From contig CM022672.1 in NCBI GenBank assembly GCA_012295275.1, forward strand, positions 33,542,001-33,606,000: a stretch of 64,000 nucleotides of DNA, read 5' to 3'. Shown in pieces: positions 59,159-64,000 of the stretch. The notes beneath the pieces were generated by a model that saw only the letters and a program-made list of their open reading frames with translations, had not been told where the DNA came from and did no database searches. The DNA is from Chrysomallon squamiferum. Lineage: Eukaryota; Animalia; Mollusca. Within the stretch, counting starts at the first letter, position 1; every line of letters starts with the position of its first letter. The position numbers were made by a program, and so were the translations under genes.

Positions 59159-59364
59159 GTTAGTTAGTTAGTTAGTTATAGCAGGGCTCGAAATGACAGA
59201 TCGTCAGGTCGGCAAAATGCGGACAAAATTATGGGTCAATATCAAAAAATATTATTCTGGCGACCTTGTTTTTGCTTCCTTAGGTTATAACATGTTAATC
59301 ATTTTATCGTAAATATGTATTTCACATAAAAATGTCACACTAAATTTGTGGATCGAATATATAT

Positions 59365-59564
59365 NNNNNNNNNNNNNNNNNNNNNNNNNNNNNNNNNNNN
59401 NNNNNNNNNNNNNNNNNNNNNNNNNNNNNNNNNNNNNNNNNNNNNNNNNNNNNNNNNNNNNNNNNNNNNNNNNNNNNNNNNNNNNNNNNNNNNNNNNNNN
59501 NNNNNNNNNNNNNNNNNNNNNNNNNNNNNNNNNNNNNNNNNNNNNNNNNNNNNNNNNNNNNNNN
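59365..59564. other. Assembly gap (200 N)
   Basis: Run of exactly 200 N. Confidence 1.
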
Positions 59565-62500
59565 CTGATGAATGTATTCTCTTGGAATATAACTGTTTTA
59601 CCTTGCAATGACTTTGAAATTAACTTATTTACTTCAGAGTCTTCTAATGAACATTTTTCATTAAGACAGTAATATACAGAAGAACATACATCGCTCAGTT
59701 TGTGAAAATCAGCCTCCTCAAGACTATCTGTTTCTACAGATGAGACAGTCTGAAGATGCTCAATGATGTTCTCAACAGAAATATCAGATTCAGTCTTTAC
59801 ACCAAGCCACTCAAGGGTCTGTTTTGTTCTCATAAAGTTTAGCCTTGATGAATCTAAGATTAACTTGTTTGAACATCCAATGTTTATACATTCTTCAAAA
59901 TATAATGACAATGGACTATCAAGAACTTTATCCGTATAACACCAACTAGTTGGCCAGTTTTGTGGTTTCTTAAGGATTGGTAAAAATTTGTTATTTTGTA
60001 TCTTTTCTTTGAAAGTCGGTGGACATGTACAAAATCTTTTCTTAGATGAGATGTGACTTTGATGTGATTCGTATTCTCCCAGGTAAAGCAGAATGTATTT
60101 AAATCTCGTAACTAAATCTTTCATGTTCACTTTAGACAGTGTTTCAACAGATTTCACTCGATCATAAAGCACACTCCACTGTAGTTCTTCATTTTGCATT
60201 CCTAGGTCAGACAATGCTGAAAGAATATCTGGAGAACAAAAATCATTCTCATTTGAGTTTGATGGGAAAAAACCATCGGAGTCGAAAAACATGCAAGCTG
60301 TTTTTCCTTGTGGGTGAACTAAGTATTTTGGTTGCCTCAGTGTCCCTGAAGGAAGTGTTGGTATGCAAGGGGTTTCCCGTATCATATTTTTTATTTGAGG
60401 AGAATTGCTTTTCAAAGCAATAATAACCAGGCTGTCTCTGTCTTGGTCATTCCAATATGGATCATTTATGTTTGGAAAGAAGATTTGTAGATAAAATTCT
60501 TCAATGCTTAATGTATGTCTTTTTATCTCAGTATATAGTCCAGCCTCAACAAAACCGTTCAGAATATTTTCAGGAAGGTCTATGACAGTTTTGTTTCCTC
60601 TGTAGTAGTGTTCGAATGCAGCAAATGCAATTAGCCCAGTTCCTTCTTTGAAACGTATCAGTGGATCCAACAAGAGCATTTTCTCAAAAGTAACCCATTT
60701 TGAATTATACAGGAGTATCTGAGGACTGTCATCAACAATCATTTGATGAAATCTTTTAAAAAGTGTTTCATACTCTTTCTCTAAAGATGGCCACAAAGCA
60801 TAAAAATGTTCAGGATCGGTATATCCAACTGATTTCAATGCTTCAAAAGCATTTATCACTGACAGTGATACTGCATCTGAATTTAGCGCTTCATTCCAGT
60901 TTGCTTCTTTTGAAACAGATTTTTCATCCTCTGACGTAGAGCACAGATGTTTTCTGTCATGTGTTAAAGCAAATGCACCATTTATGTGCAGTGGCAAAGG
61001 AATTGTAATTGGTAATGGTAGGAAACAAAACAAATGGCCATTTTTGTAAAATCCATCAGGACATTCATTAAGAGGTAAAATGACGTTTTCTCTTTCACAG
61101 ATTGATATTGCTGTTGCTGCCAATGGCAGTAGACCTTTAAGTTCCTTTCTCCTTGCCATATCAACAGATTCTCTTCTTCCGAGGCACCATGAAATAATCC
61201 AGTTTACTTGACTTTTTGATGAAATAACACTGAATACACTTTTAGCTGCGTCAAATACAGAAAGTGATATTGTGATAATCTCGTTCACTAAATCTTTGCT
61301 TTCAGTTTCATTCTCCCATAGGTCAGAAAGATGTTTGAGTACTGATGTAGAAAGTTCTGTGCTTCTTTTTCTAACTTCTTTTCGAACCTCTACAAGAAGA
61401 CTAGCCTTTGAAGGATCTCTTCTTTGTGGGGGTAAATGGAACATTCTGACATATTTCACATTCTGACAAAACAGCAGCAAATTTCCTGCACTGGACACAA
61501 ATAAGTCCATGAATTTTTTCATTTCAGCTGGAGAATAATACAAACCACTAATTTCGCTGCGTTGTGCTTGTAACTTTGTTCTGAGAGGAAATCTGAATAA
61601 TGTACCTGGATACTCTGATTGCAGTAAATTGCAACCAAACACTTTCTCGAATGGTTTGAACTGATTCTTCATTTTCTGCAACATTAATTTGTTTTTCTGC
61701 TTTGTAAGATCTGCTTTCAGTCCAGGAGTTCCAAGAAAATGTTCATGCGGATCAAATATGACAAAATGATTTCCACTTACAAAACTTGGAACATCAGTCA
61801 AGTTGTAAACTGAATTGAAACCTAATCCAAATCTTCCTATTTTTGTAGAATCGTCCATTTTGGTTTCTCCACTTAACTTGGTGATGTTAGCAAAGTCAGA
61901 TTTAGAAAACTGAGCATCATTCTGTGCCCACAAAGCTGGGCCCTGTAAGGAAGCCATTCCTTCATTGATTAAGTCAGTTCTTGCTTCCAAATTCTCTCTT
62001 TCATCGTAGAGAAAATTCACTTCAAAAGCTCCAGCATCATCAGCATTCTGTATAATTTCCTTTGGGACAGAAAAACCATCAGTATATTCATGTAATAGAT
62101 TTCTCAGGCGTCTTGTTAATGGTTCAGTTTGTCCATAATTCATATCAAATTCTTCTGTTGCATTCAGTAGTGGGTTAGTCAAAATGCGAATACCAAGATC
62201 TCTTACCAGCTCTGAAGGGATTTGAGCAAAATAATAATTTTCTGTATCATCGTCGATGTAAGAAAATTGGTAAGATTCACAGTACACACAATGTCTCAGC
62301 TGCTTTAGAACCAGTCGCTTTTCATCATTATGTACTGGAAGTAGTAAATCTGTTTTATCAGTAGTTTCATCTTCTTTCAGAACCTTCAGTATTCTCAGAA
62401 CTAGTGAAAGATCTGTTGAAACTGACAACCCATCAACACACTCATCGTGGTTTTGCTGAATTTCTTTCAATACATCCATCAACATTTGTGAAGTCTGTTT

Positions 62501-64000
62501 TTCTGAAGCACCAAGTTGGTGAAAAATGTGACTAAAACATAGTAAAGATTTTGGTAGTATGTACCGGTAAGGCTTGAGATCAATATCTGAAGACTGGTCT
62601 TTTATCCAAACATTTTCAGGCTTAACAAATCCAACGTCTTCGCCAATCCATACGACATTCATGGTAGCTAACTTGATTTGAATTTTTGTTGATAGTGTAA
62701 TTTTACTGAAATAGTGGTACACCTCATTTAACTGCGTCATGTACATCTGATGTTCCTCTGCACAATACGTCTCTATTATATTATTTATGTGTTTGACAAT
62801 CACATCAACACAGGGATTTTGGGTAAGATCAGTTCTGTTCATTAACAAATTGTCTTTGGTGACAACTTGCACAGAACCTACTAAGTTTAGATAAGTGAAA
62901 TGGCACATGTCTTTTGGTCTGCCAATATTTCTCTCATTTCCTCCAGCAAAGGGAAGATGCTGAGGGTAAGATGAAGGTCTCTCAGTCAGAACTGGCATCC
63001 ATCGAGATGACTTTATTTTTGATAATTGATGTTCTGAAATATCGCATTTTGCCAAGCTCATCAAAATAGCTTCTGCTTTTTCTCTAACCATCTCTGGCTC
63101 AAGAATATTTTCAATTAATGAAACTGAATTACAGATTTCTTTTGAAGTTACATTTTGATCTTTTTTCAATCCTAGCTTCTCCAATCCAGATAGCATATTA
63201 GGCTGGGAAAATTCTTCACTTGGAAACATTTCTTCACCATAGAAGAGCTTTTGGAGGAATGGACTGCGAGGATCAAATAAGTCTTTTGCTCTTTTCAATT
63301 CTGCCTTCCTACAGGAAGGCAAGAAATGGATATCTGTAGCTTTTTGACTAATTTCTACCTTATTAAGATAATCATGACTGTTTTCACAGAGAAATCTCAT
63401 GAATGTTTGTATATTTTCTGTACTGTAATATTTTTGGTGTGGGAATGTCATGAGATCAAGAACTTTGCATATAAGCTGATGAATGGAAACTTCTTTAGCT
63501 CCCACGTGTTCAGCTAGTTTACGCGATGAAGCAGAAAGCCCATGTAAATACTCTGATGGATATGAAACTGGAATTATTTGTGTGGGTGCTATTTCAGCTA
63601 GTTCTTCAATTGAGATATATCTTTCTTCTGATGTTTTGAATATTTTCAATACACTTAACGTACTTTTTTCCCTGGAGGATATATCTGTGCATAAAGATAG
63701 GAATTCCCGAAACTTATTTTTCATTAATTCATCTGCTGTATCATTGAAATTCTGAATATTTTCCTTTGAAACTTGACACAGTATCTTAATAACACCTTGT
63801 GGAGTGGGGTAAGGAATCATGCTGCCTACTGGTAGAAGTGACTGAATATAATTAGGAACTGAAGGCAAGACTACAACTCCTAATTTCTGTAAGCACTTGC
63901 AAATCTCTTCAGACAGATGTTCAAACCCCACAAATGTTGCTGCTATGAAGTTGTCTTTCAGAGGATGTAACATAATTTTATCATGTGTATATTCTGGTAC
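59565..64000 (-). CDS. SACS: Sacsin-like gene 2, internal part of the giant exon (includes SRR2); cut by the window edge and the gap
   Basis: Open frame collinear with 29701-34136 of gene 1 (both 4436 nt, no net indel), from VPEYTHDKIMLHP to QENTFI, with many amino-acid differences. Confidence 0.93.

Noticed and set aside
59285-59564. C-terminal extension of the 1562-aa ORF, and other ORFs spanning N runs (also 10181-10570)
   Set aside because: Artefacts of translating through the 200-N gaps into unrelated contigs.

Overview
This is AT-rich, microsatellite-saturated eukaryotic (animal) genomic DNA; the texture suggests a mollusc, probably an octopod cephalopod, but that is inference only. 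Two 200-N scaffold gaps lie at 10303-10502 and 59365-59564. (1) A 7-exon sacsin-like gene on + (25443-41059, about 4,335 aa) has three SRR/HSP90-like repeats, a J domain with HPD, a C-terminal HEPN domain and no N-terminal UbL; its 10.8-kb exon carries one frameshift at a T5 run. A diverged second copy lies on - (59565-64000+). (2) A cluster of spliced beta-microseminoprotein (PSP94-like, 10-Cys) genes is essentially invisible in the ORF track: one intact 3-exon gene (7370-5711, 130 aa with signal peptide), three pseudogenes and one inverted orphan last exon. (3) A ~13.4-kb block is repeated at a ~35.4-kb period on either side of the sacsin gene, implying a tandem array of sacsin-bearing units. 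Each block copy carries a beta-MSP pseudogene, a Gmr1-like (INT-RT-RH order) LTR retrotransposon remnant, a U2 snRNA variant/pseudogene, a LINE fragment and an unexplained module with conserved splice donors. All gene models and translations were made by hand; no searches or alignments were run.
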